A stretch of 63,514 nt of DNA, counting the filler, from Chiloscyllium plagiosum (lineage: Eukaryota), in assembly GCF_004010195.1 (NCBI RefSeq). It is 12 parts of 12 records of this genome, joined end to end, with 100 filler letters (N's around TTAATTAATTAA, not from the genome) between each part and the next. Parts side by side here need not be neighbours in the genome. Positions count along the whole stretch, not along the records: positions 1 to 24,268 come from NW_025211672.1; positions 24,369 to 38,405 come from NW_025211267.1; 10 more parts are not named here. One strand, written 5' to 3'. How positions within the stretch are numbered: position 1 is the stretch's first letter; each line of letters begins with the position of its first letter. Below, piece by piece: positions 14,835 through 25,015 of the stretch. The notes under the pieces were generated by a model. That model did not search any database. It was not told the DNA's origin and saw only the letters and a list, made by a program, of their open reading frames with translations. Position numbers and translations under genes: made by a program.

Positions 14835-15044
14835 AGGAGAAAGTGAGGACTGCAGATGCTGGAGATCAGAGCTTAAAAATGTGTCACTGGAAAAACGCAG
14901 CAGGTCAGGCAGCATCCAAGGAGCAGGAGAATCGACGTTTCGGGCATGCGCCTGAAGAAGGGCTTATGCCTGAAACATCGATTCTCCTGCTCCTTTAATG
15001 CTGCCTGATCTGCTGTGCTTTTCCAGCAACACATTTTTAAGCTC
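14835..15044. mobile_element. Inverted (hairpin) pair of Penelope-like terminal repeats with hammerhead-type core
   Basis: Left arm GAGCTTAAAAATGTG...GGAGAATCGACGTTTCGGGCAT is the reverse complement of the right arm; core CTGAAGA-A-GGGC-TTAT-GCCT-GAAAC from 14952. Confidence 0.7.
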
Positions 15045-16589
15045 ACCCCATTAACCCCCACACTGGGCTCTCTGTACATTACCCACCCCATTAACCCCCA
15101 CACTGGGCTCTTTGTACATGACCCACCCCATTAACCCCCACACTGGGCTCTCTGTACATGACCCACCCCATTAACCCCTACACTGCCCTTTCCGTAGTTG
15201 CTCACTTTCTAATATTTGTATAAAATGCTTTGGGATTATCCTAAATCCTGATTGCCAAGGACACCTAATGGCCCCTTTTATTGCTCCGAATTCCTTATTT
15301 AAATACTTTCATACTTCCTTTATCTTCTCAACTGCTTTGTCTGATATCAGTTTCTTAAACATAACGTGCTTTGCTTCTCATTTTTAACTAATCTTTCAAT
15401 ATTTCTTATCATCCAGGATTCCCAAATCTCGTCACCTTATTTTTCATCCTCACAGGAACAGGCTGGTCCTGAATTCTCATTAACTGGCCTTAAAAAGTCT
15501 TCCCACATGTCAGATGTGGATTTACCATCAATCAGTCCCCTGCAATCTAATTTCTCCAATTCCTGCCAAATATGTTTGGGATTATCCTTTCCCCAGTTTA
15601 GCCCTTTCACCTGAGGACCAGCCTTATCCTTCCCAATAACGATGTTAAATCTTTCAGAATTATCATCACTGGAAATGAAGATCAGGAGATTTGCATCTCT
15701 TTAGACATTCTGCATATAAGGCAGCATTTGCTGTCCATCCCTGACTATTCCAACTGGATAGTTTGAGGACCATTAAGAAGGTCAGTCAGGAATTATATTT
15801 TGGCTACTCTGGGTGTGGATGGCCATTTCCTTTCTTAAAAGATAGGTTTTTAAAACAATGACAATTGCTATGGTCACCACAGCCGAGTTTAGCTTCAGAA
15901 TCCAGATTTATTCTTGGAGTTTAAATTCCACCAGCTGCTGTGTTTAAGTTGAACATGTGTCCCCTGAACATTAACCTAAACCTCAGGATTACAAATCTCG
16001 TGACAGTACCATGTTACCACCATGTCCCCTGGGGACAGATTTGAGATTGTGCAAGTAAGAATCCAGTAAGGTGGTTGTGATCCTCCAGGAGAATTGTTGG
16101 GGAATTCTGTCATCTCACGGGGTCTCAGTGTCCATTCATACATAAAGGGGGGAGATCAATATTCTCCAGTATTACAGAATGGACGATATGAATCCAGGAG
16201 GAAATATGAAAAGAGACGGGGATCTCTAAAGTAAATACCTCAGAGATAAGGAAGTGGAGATGATCAAGAACAGGTTATGGGGCTGAAGCTTCTCGTTTTT
16301 AAGCTATGTATAGATTTCAGGAAGTTTCTTGATGAATTTCCCATCATGACCCATGGTGACTTGTGTTACACAATTCTATACTTTGCTGTTCATTAATTAA
16401 CAGTTTGATGGCCTTTTGGGTGTTCGTACCTTACCAGCGATAATTACCACTGCACAGGGGCCTTGAGTTGCTTCGATGCTGGAGTCATGTTTAACATCCA
16501 GTTCCCCAACACTTCTAAAACTCGAAGCCTGAGACTGCCCTCTCACTGTTCTGTTCCAATGAGGATGTGAAGCTTCATTGACAGGGACC

Positions 16590-16797
16590 TGGAGTTATAG
16601 AGTCATAGAGATGTACAGCACAGAAATAGACCCTTCGGTCCAACCCGTCCATGCCGACCAGATAGCCCAACCCAAACTAGTCCCACCTACCAGCACCCGG
16701 CCCATATCCCTCCAAACCCTTCCTATTCATAGACCCATCCAAATGCCTCTTAAATGTTGCAATTGTACCAGCCTCCACCACATCCTCTGGTAGCTAA
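16590..16797 (-). mobile_element. CR1 (HER1-like) LINE 3' end fragment
   Basis: ATAGAGTCATAGAG tail and sequence shared with the CR1 3' end at 22975-23180. Confidence 0.7.
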
Positions 16798-17162
16798 CAG
16801 GTTCCTCCAAGATTAGTTGTGAAATTCACTGTTTGTTAATTTTCCCAGATGCACTCCGATGTCCAGCGAGACATGAATTCAAATACAGCAAAGGCAGTAA
16901 CTGTGCAGGTTCTCTCTCCCTCTCTCTCCTGCACTGTCCTCACCATGTGCTTCCTTTGTCTGTTCTTCTCCCTTTTAAAACTGCTGTTGTTTTGACTTTT
17001 TTTCCCCAAAGTTCCAAAACAATGCAACAGCATATAAAACAGTAATTGCTGCTCCTGGAATTCGAGGAAATCACCTCCAGCACCTAAAATACTTCAAAAA
17101 CAGGGGCAGCTCTTACAGCCAGAAACTTTTCCCGTCCTCCATCTTGGATTACCCAGAATCCT

Positions 17163-17350
17163 TTGCTGGGGGACGAGACAGTAGCGAGGAGGGCAGTGAT
17201 GTATCCTGCTGACTGACAAAGGAGGCCTTGCCCCCAGATCCAGGAAGCCTGGATTAATACAATCGCCCAAGTCAGTTCCACTTTGTGCAATCAGAGAAAG
17301 GCACAGCAGTGCTGGAAGAAAGTTGCTGATACTCTTTACTCTGCTGGTGT
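17163..17350 (+). mobile_element. Myb/SANT-like (trihelix) DNA-binding exon relic, probably from a Harbinger/PIF element
   Basis: Translates LLGDETVARRAVMYPAD*QRRPCPQIQEAWINTIAQVSSTLCNQRKAQQCWKKVADTLYSAG then GTAAGT; fits the AW..IA..VS....R...QC.KK..D pattern; one in-frame stop. Confidence 0.55.
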
Positions 17351-18430
17351 AAGTGTCACCACCTTCACTCTGCTTCTCCATAATCACTCTCACTCTTCCA
17401 CTGCACAGGAAGCTCAAAAGGCTCATGGTTTACAACTGTCACCATTATTCATAGTATCACCTCTCAATGACTCTCACCCACTTCATCCTCCTAAATGACT
17501 AACCCTACCTGCCCTCTGTGTTTCTTACTCCCTCACTGGGGACATTTCACCACCTCTCCTGCTCTTGCATTGTCATGAACTGCTCCTCCATCCATTGTCA
17601 TCTGACTCAATCCCTCCCTTTGCCTCAAACCAAAGCAAAACACTGCAGCTGCTGAAGATCTGAAATAAAAGCAGAAAGTGCTGGAGAAACTCAGCAGGTC
17701 AAGCAACATCTGTGGGGACAGAAACACAGACTGAACATTTTGAGTTCAGTGTGGCTCATCTTTGTAATTCAGTTCCGAATGCTGAGTTCCAAAACAGAGT
17801 CACATCAGATTGGAAATATTAAGTTGGTGTTCCCTCCCTTTGTCACATTGCTGGAGAATTTCTCATACCTTCAGGCTGACTGAACCAAGGTGGGAGAGAC
17901 AGCTCACCACCGTTTTACTCCTTAGTCCCAAAGTGGAGAAGACCCTCGACATTGCTGGAGAGGAGTGTAACCATTCATGTGGAAATACTGATAGCTGCAT
18001 GTCTTGGTGACCCAGTGAGCTACATGAAGCTGGACTGCTCTGTACATCCATTACCACCGCTGTCAACATCTTAATATACACAAACCTATTGGACAATGAA
18101 TGCCCACTCTTCCCTTTTACAGGCAGCAGCCACACAGCCACCACCCAAAGAGGCAAACCCCTCCGTGCGTCAGCTCCTCCTCCACTGCTGGGGAGGCATC
18201 ACTACACCCTCAGAGGGTGCACCAACTGAACCCCCTCTCCCACTGCCCACCAGGTGAGTAACATTCACTGCAGTAGGATCTCTTTCTCCCGTTAACACAG
18301 CCCCACATTCTGGTGAGCACATTTCTGGCACGTTTCTGCAGTGGGTTGTGGAAGAAACAGCCCAGGCCCCTGGCATTTGGAGGATGGTCAGACTGAGAGC
18401 CTGCTCAGTCCCAGGGAGCAGGTGACTGGC

Positions 18431-18689
18431 CAGTCATGATTTCACTAAACTGTACAGGCCTAGTAGCAGCGGCAGGTTTGTTCAGAGACATTGGATTGAA
18501 GGTTAGAAGAGTCCATCGATGTTAGTTTTTCTGGGCTGGCTCTGCATACCGTGTGTCTGCAGTCATGATTTCACTAAACTGTACAGGCCTAGTAGCAGCG
18601 GGCAGGTTTGTTCAGAGACATTGGATTGAAGGTTAGAAGAGTCCATCGATGTTAGTTTTTCTGGGCTGGCTCTGCATACCGTGTGTCTG
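18431..18689. repeat. 129-bp direct tandem duplication
   Basis: CAGTCATGATTTCACTAAAC...GTGTGTCTG occurs twice back to back, differing by about one indel. Confidence 0.9.
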
Positions 18690-19814
18690 ATTGTCTCCAT
18701 GGAGAGTTTAGCAGTTACCATGGAGACTCTGGGCTCGTACATACTCAGTGGCAGCCGATAATATACACAGAGCTGCACTCCATCAGTCTGGCTGATGGTA
18801 CTCTACATCAATGACAAGGCCCGAAGGGGAACAGAGACTTTGACCTGATTTCATGGGAATATGAGAAATTGGAGCAGCAGGAAGCCGTTTTGCCCCTTCT
18901 TAAGCCTGGCCTGTCAGTTACAAGGTCATAGCTGACCTGTCTCAGGTCTCAACTCCTCATCACCCTCAGCTACCTACTTTTCAAAAACCTATCTCCCTCC
19001 ACTTTTTAAATGTTTTCAGTATTCTAGCCTCTGTAAATCTCTGGGATAGGGAATTCCAGACATTCACCATCCTCTGGGAGAAGAAATTCATTTCCACCTC
19101 CATTCGAAATGAGTGTCTCATTTTTCTGTAACTATGTCCCCTTGTTCAAGATTCCCAATTAATGAAAATGCCTTCTGAACATCTACCCACTCTCAAAATC
19201 TTGTATGTTTCAATACTATCACCTCCCATTCTAGTAAACCCGAATGAATACAGGTTGAACCTGTTTAGCCATTCTTGATAGCTGCTCGATGTTATTCTGG
19301 CCTGAGACTCGCTCTTAGCTTTCTAGCACCTGAATTTTTCTGTTCTGTCTTTGGACAAAGCCAAAAAACACTAGTATCTTCCATTGCTGGACCCTTTCTG
19401 GATGGTTGTGATGATTCGATGTGGGAAATATTAGAAATAATACAGCTTCTCAGTCATGTGATGCCTGAATGGCTGCACCAAACAAAAATGAGGTTTGAGC
19501 ACAGACTGCAATACAGTGGTCATGGGGTCTTCCAAGGAGAAGGCTGTGCAATGCGTATACATGCACCTCTGACATATTACACCCAACACAAGTTATGGCA
19601 CTCACAAACATTGGGATATTATAACTATGGAATGAATACTTCCTCCATGTTACAACCCAGCTCCCATACTGAAAGACAGCAGTGAATATCAGTGCACATG
19701 TTGTCACATACTTACAGTTCACTGTGAGAGGGAAACAGCTCAGAGACCTTATGCAGGCATGAGAACTTGGTAATACATTTGAGAATTGGTGACTACAAGC
19801 AACACTGTTTTTTT

Positions 19815-20103
19815 AGATTAGATTCCCTACAATGTGGAAACAGGCCCTTCGACCCAACAAGTCCACACCGACTCTCCGAAGAGTAAACCACCGTCCCATT
19901 TCCCTCTCACTAATGCACCTAACACTCTGCGCAATTCACCTGACCTGCACATCTTTGGACTGTGGGAGGAAACCGGAGCACCCGGAGGAAACCCACACAG
20001 ACACGGGGAGAATGTGCAAACTCCACACAGTCACCCGAGGCTGGAATCGAACCTGGGTTCCTGGTGCTGTGAGGCAGCAGTGCTAACCACTGAGCCACCG
20101 TGT
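19815..20103 (-). mobile_element. tRNA-derived V-SINE (HE1-like)
   Basis: Minus strand: A-box GTGGCTCAGTGG, B-box GGTTCGATTCC, V-domain GTTTCCTCCGGGTGCTCCGGTTTCCTCCCAC, AATCT tail. Confidence 0.85.
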
Positions 20104-20712
20104 CAATATCTGTTCTGCTTCCAAGAAGTGAAATTGTCCTGTTCAATAGAATGGACATGATTGCTCATAGATTCAAAGAATCATACAGTAAACAGACCCT
20201 TCAGACCAACTCATCCATGCTAGCCAGGTTTCCTGTTTGAGGCTGTGTTTTGTCATTTATATTGTTGGTCAAGGGGTGAGCTGTAGGTGAGGAGTAATTT
20301 GATGATGAATGTGTCTCATCATTGACCCTACAATGCCTGACTAATGCATCTACCTCCTGAAGGGCCTCACCTTAGCCACAAGTACGTCTTACCTCCAACG
20401 ACCAAACAGAACAAATGTACTGCACTCACTGTAGGAGAACTGGCACACATTTCTCCTCCTTATTGTGCAGTGGAGACTGGGTACAAGATGGAATGTAAAC
20501 CTGGCTGTGCTTCTTACTGTAAGACCCAGGCTCTGTCTCAATGTCAATCCAACATTATCGGTGTTTTGTGATTATGGTCATTTGCAACAAATCCCCACCA
20601 ACTCCTGGTCTCTTTATTTCAGTCTGATACTGCATCCTCTTTTCTCTCTGATCAGACAGTGGGTGACTATCCATTAATTATTGATGATTGACCCCTGCTT
20701 GGTCACTGACAG

Positions 20713-20903
20713 GAATTCGCACTCTGCAATGGATACATTCTGTTGAGGTCAGCGATGAGGTCAATGCAATTTGGATTTGATGGAAAGGACTACATTAGTT
20801 TAGAACCAGACAGGATGAGATGAATTGAAACCAATCACTTTGCACAAAAGGCAAAGGAGAAATGAGATTCGGATGAATCTTGGAACAAATGCTGGGAAAG
20901 ATA
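20713..20903 (+). pseudogene. MHC class I alpha2 exon remnant
   Basis: After ACAG acceptor: GIRTLQWIHSVEVSDE/(frameshift)SMQFGFDGKDYISLEPDRMR*IETNHFAQKAKEK*DSDESWNKCWER*; matches the class I alpha2 G.HTLQ and Q.G.DG.D.I.L motifs; two TGA stops at expected Trp positions; 3' part missing. Confidence 0.85.
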
Positions 20904-21017
20904 ATGCTGGATTCGTCTGTTCCATGTTCTGATCTAACCTCACTGATCTGTGAAACCATTCTCCCATTCCATTCAGTGTCTGTCTATTATTTGTGTTTTC
21001 ACCCTTTCCCATCACAG

Positions 21018-21296
21018 TTCAGCCTGAAGTGTTCATCTCCAGGAGGGAGCCCAATGGTCAGGACAAGCCGCTCACTCTCTCCTGCCTGGTCACTGGGTTT
21101 TATCCTGTAGACATCGAGGTGACCTGGCTAAGGAATGGAGAGGTCATGTCTGAGACCCAATCCTCGGGGGTACGACCGAACCACGATGGGACCCATCAGA
21201 TCCAGAAAGAGATTGAGATCAATGCTGGGGATGAGGATCAATACTCCTGTCAGATTGAACACAGCAGCCTGGCAGAGGGCAAGCTCTATCAGTGGG
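21018..21296 (+). pseudogene. MHC class I alpha3 (Ig C1-set) exon, open frame, part of a disrupted gene
   Basis: VQPEVFISRREPNGQDKPLTLSCLVTGFYPVDIEVTWLRNGE...RPNHDGTHQ...YSCQIEHSSL...QW; phase-1 AG and GT boundaries; 279 bp. Confidence 0.92.
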
Positions 21297-22468
21297 GTAA
21301 GGGACAGGGCGCAAGGTTTGTGTGTCTGTGTCTGCCCTTGTGGCCGTGTCTGTATGTGGCTGCACTCAGCCCTGGTTAATCACCTGAATGAACTGATATT
21401 TTTCTGATGTAATCAGAGTATTCAGCATTAATAAAAACTGAGTATATTCAATATTAACTACAAGAGGAAATCGGGAAGCAACACATATGATAAGAGTTTA
21501 GAAATAAGATGAAAATTTTAAAAGAAGGTAGATCAACCTCTGAATTGTTCACAAATAATGAAAATTTGAACATCGTGGCCATTGTAGTGTATGTTACAAG
21601 TAAGCGTTAGTTGAGAGTCAATTTTGAGATTCTTGGCTGTGTCGGTTGAATGGAACCCTATCGTCCTGATTTATTTCAGCATTGCCTGACTCCCTCCAAT
21701 TTCATACAATCTTCTTATTGTCAATAATTATCTGGTGTGGAACCTTATCAATGAACTTCTGGAAATCCATATGGACCAGATCCAAAGACAACCTGTTAAA
21801 CACCATGTCAGTCAGCTCCTCAGCAAATTCAGTGAGGTTGGTCAGACATGAGCCCCCCTTCACCAATCCATCTGTTTCATCAGCTGATTGGTCAGTTAGA
21901 ACTGTACCGCACAGGTGTGGAATTAATGATCTTGATTGACCCCTGGCAGTTTGAACAGGAACAGGGAGCCATCCTCTCCAGCAAACACTCAGGCACATTC
22001 ATTTCTGCCGATCGATTCTCCTCACCTTCTCTATCCATGAGGGACTGACTCTGTCCTTGATCATCTCCCATTCTTTATCTCTCAGAAACACTTCCGACAG
22101 AGATTTCTATTCCCTGTTCACACTGCCTCCTGGATCCACACTGCCCATTCCGTAATCCTGGTTAAGATCGATTTCCCATTCCCAGCTTTTCTATATGAAT
22201 AGACACTGAGACCCAGTGGGATGACAGGAGTTGTCCAACAAGCTGCTCATTCCTGGAGAATCTTAACCATCCAACCAGGTGCCCACTTGATCACAAACCT
22301 GACCTTCCTCAGTGCATCACAACTTTCCAAATATCTTCTTCAGGAAAAGGAGAGGGAACAGAAGAACTTGCCCTGTGTCCATAACTCATGGCATTCCAGT
22401 GTGGAGTCTGACTATGGGACTGGGAACACCGGACAGACGAGGGGGAGTTTCTGAATCAATTCTCTGAC

Positions 22469-22729
22469 CACGTGTCTGGTTCATGCTCTTCTTTATTGTA
22501 CACAGATATTTCTTTGTGAAGTTTGAATGATTGTTCCCAAATGCTGTGATTTCCTTCCAGTCTGACTGATTGAAAGATTCTGCCATGAATTGCTGCCTGA
22601 CCAGTGTTTATTGAATATTACTGACATGATAATTAACTCTGACTCCATTCACCATGGCAACCTTTGTTACAACAGGAAAATCTTCAGTGCCTGAAATTGC
22701 TGTGTCGATCACAGTCAATGAGTTAGTGT
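22469..22729 (-). pseudogene. MHC class I alpha1 exon (opposite strand to alpha2/alpha3), one internal stop
   Basis: TTTTCCAG acceptor, 261 bp: DTNSLTVIDTAISGTEDFPVVTKVAMVNGVRVNYHVSNIQ*TLVRQQFMAESFNQSDWKEITAFGNNHSNFTKKYLCTIKKSMNQTRG then GT; terminal NQT matches the conserved class I N86 glycosylation site. Confidence 0.8.
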
Positions 22730-22974
22730 CTGGAAAACAAAAATTAAAGGGACAATTTAACAAACACTCATTCACATTCCTCTCAGTACAAAGTGAAGTC
22801 CCATCCATACCGTGACAGTGACAAGCACCAATAATTCACCACATCATCCCACTGTCAGAGTCCTGTCTGATATTATAAACAGAGCCAGATTCAACTGGGT
22901 CAGAATTAGTTGCAGCAGCCCCTCAGAACAGGGAATAAACAAGGAATCAGAGTCACTTAGACACTTAGAGTCAG

Positions 22975-24045
22975 TCATAGAGTCATAGAGATGTCCAACA
23001 CGGAAACAGACCTGTCAGTCCAACCTGTCCATGCTGACCAGATATCCCAAACTAATCTCATCCCATTTGCCAGCACTTGACCCATATCCCTCTATAAACC
23101 ATTTCTATTCATATACCCATCCAGGTGCCTTTTAAATGTTGCAATTGTACCAGCCTCCACCATATCCTCTGGCAGCTCATTCCATACACGCACCACCCTC
23201 TGTGGGAAAACGTTGCCTCTCAGGTCTCTTTTATATCTTTTCCCTCTCACCTTAAAACTACACCCTTTAGTTCTGGCTCCCCCATCCCAGGGAAAATACT
23301 TTGCCTATTTATCCTATCCATGTCCCACATGATTTTATAAACCTCGATAAGGTCACCCCTCAGCCTCCGACACTCCAGGGAAAACAGCCCCAGCCTGTTC
23401 AGCCTCTCCCTGTAGCTCAAATCCTCCAATCCTGGCAACATCCTTGTAAATCATTCAAGTTTCACAACATCCTTCTGAAAGGAAGGAGACCAGAATTTGC
23501 ACGCAATCTTCCTCTCCCTAAAGCTCAGATCCTCCAACCCTGGCAACATCCTTGTAAATCATTCAAGTTTCACAACATCCTTCTGAAACGAAGGAGACCA
23601 GAATTTGCACGCAATCTTCTGAAAATGGCCGAACCAATGTCCTGTACAGTTGCAACCTGACCTCCCAACTCCTGTGCTCAATACAATAAAGGAAAGCGTA
23701 CCAAACGCCTTCTTCACTATACTATCTACCTGAAACTCCACTTTCAAGAAGTTATGAACCCGCACTCCAAGGTCTCTCTATTCAGCAACACTCCGGAGGA
23801 CCTAACCTTTAAGTCTATAAGTCCTGCTAAGATTTGCTTTCCCAAAATTCAACACCTCAACTTTATCAAAATTAAATTCAATCTGCCACTTCTCAGCCCA
23901 TTGGCCCATCTGGTCAAGAACTTGTTGTAATCTGAGTTAACTTTCTTTACTGTCCACTACACCTCCAATTTTGGTGTCATCTGTAAACTTAGTAAATATA
24001 TCTCCTATGTTCACATCCAAGTCATTTATATAAATGATGAAAAGC
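22975..24045 (-). mobile_element. CR1 (HER1-like) LINE, 5'-truncated, with an internal ~108-bp duplication
   Basis: MLPGLEDLSYRERLNRLGLFSLECRRLRGDLIEVYKIM; decayed KFADDTK motif near 23970-23990; duplicated block ~23403-23618. Confidence 0.9.
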
Positions 24046-24056
24046 TGTGGAAAATC

Positions 24057-24268
24057 CTGTCAGTGTGACTCCCTCCCCACACTCTCCCCCTGTCAGTGTG
24101 ACTCTCTCCCCTCACATTCCCCCTGTCAGTGAGCCTCCCTCCCCACACTCTCCCCCTGTCAGTGTGACTCCCTCCCCTCACTCTCCTCCTGTTCATGTGA
24201 CTCCCTCCCCACACTCTCCCTCTATCAGTGTGACTCCCTCCCCACACTCTCCCCCTGTCAGTGTGACT
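24057..24268. repeat. 33-bp minisatellite CTGTCAGTGTGACTCCCTCCCCACACTCTCCCC running into a gap
   Basis: About six tandem copies visible. Confidence 0.9.
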
Positions 24269-24368
24269 NNNNNNNNNNNNNNNNNNNNNNNNNNNNNNNN
24301 NNNNNNNNNNNNTTAATTAATTAANNNNNNNNNNNNNNNNNNNNNNNNNNNNNNNNNNNNNNNNNNNN
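24269..24368. other. Artificial contig spacer 44N-TTAATTAATTAA-44N (also at 38406, 41006, 44778, 45917, 47074, 48657, 52301, 56072, 57332, 62363)
   Basis: The same 100-bp construct with a six-frame stop linker recurs 11 times. Confidence 0.97.
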
Positions 24369-24402
24369 TTTATGATGGAATTGACAAAATGTACCTTTGA
24401 GC

Positions 24403-24441
24403 TGTTTTTGAACGGTTCCAGCCCTGGTTCCTCTCGCTGTC
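24403..24441 (-). other. Degenerate 23-spacer RSS of VH (GACAGCG-23-TCAAAAACA)
   Basis: Directly follows YYCARD; spacer counted as 23; heptamer lacks the initial C of CAC. Confidence 0.85.
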
Positions 24442-24746
24442 GTCTCTTGCACAGTAATAGATGGCGGTGTCTTCGATCTTCAGGTTCTCCATGTCCAACC
24501 CGAAAATGTTGTTTGAAGTGTCTTTGGACGCAGTAAATCGACCCTTAATCGCTGGTGCATAGTTACTGCTGGATGAACTATAGTGCCAAAGCAGCCACTC
24601 CAGACCCTGTCCGGGAACCTGTCGGACCCAGTGCATGGTGTAGCTGCTAAGATCGAACCCGCTGGTTTTACACGTCAGTTTCAGGCTGCCTGCGGGACGG
24701 CCAGTCTCTGCCTCTGGCTGGGTCAAAACAACCTCCGACTGGACAC
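24442..24746 (-). CDS. IGHV: IgM-type heavy chain V exon, unrearranged, open frame
   Basis: [47 protein letters not shown]...[20 protein letters not shown]...[10 protein letters not shown]; AG acceptor; typical shark IgM VH framework. Confidence 0.95.
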
Positions 24747-24873
24747 CTTTAAAAAGAAAACAAATAAACCATGAGCATTAACGCTGATGAAGTGATGGCT
24801 GAGTCTTTTACATTCCTGCCGTAGACTAACATTGAGACAGTCACAAAGAGAGACTTGAACAACAAACACTCAC

Positions 24874-24922
24874 ATGATAATAAAGTCAGCAACAAACTGA
24901 GAAAAATTGTCGACACAATCAT
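24874..24922 (-). CDS. IGHV: VH leader exon MIVSTIFLSLLLTLLS(C)
   Basis: ATG, hydrophobic peptide, 49 bp, GTGAGT donor, phase 1. Confidence 0.92.
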
Positions 24923-25008
24923 TTTGATAACTTGTGGGAAACGGTTCTGCTAAAATCTTTCTAAACAGAGCCGACCCAGGAGTGTTGAATTACGGTTCAG
25001 TGCCCAGG

Positions 25009-25015
25009 ATTTATA
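25009..25015 (-). promoter_or_regulatory. TATA box of VH promoter
   Basis: TATAAAT about 90 bp upstream of the leader ATG. Confidence 0.6.

Larger units (their letters stand above)
3962..15185. repeat. ~11.2-kb minisatellite, 40-bp consensus CCATTAACCCCCACACTGGGCTCTCTGTACATGACCCACT, divergent flanks around a homogeneous core
   Basis: Tandem periodicity is directly visible; C-rich on the + strand; several transposon fragments interrupt it. Confidence 0.98.

Noticed and set aside
3962-15185. CRISPR array or Ig switch region
   Set aside because: No unique spacers and a vertebrate context; the unit has no AGCT motif and is not in a J-C intron.
18431-18689. Functional significance of the 129-bp duplication
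   Set aside because: Non-coding and near-identical; could be an overlap mis-join.
20040-20103. tRNA gene
   Set aside because: The A and B boxes belong to a V-SINE head, followed by the V-domain and LINE-like tail.
24313-24324. TTAATTAATTAA as a recurring biological motif
   Set aside because: Always centred in 100-bp N gaps; an assembly linker.
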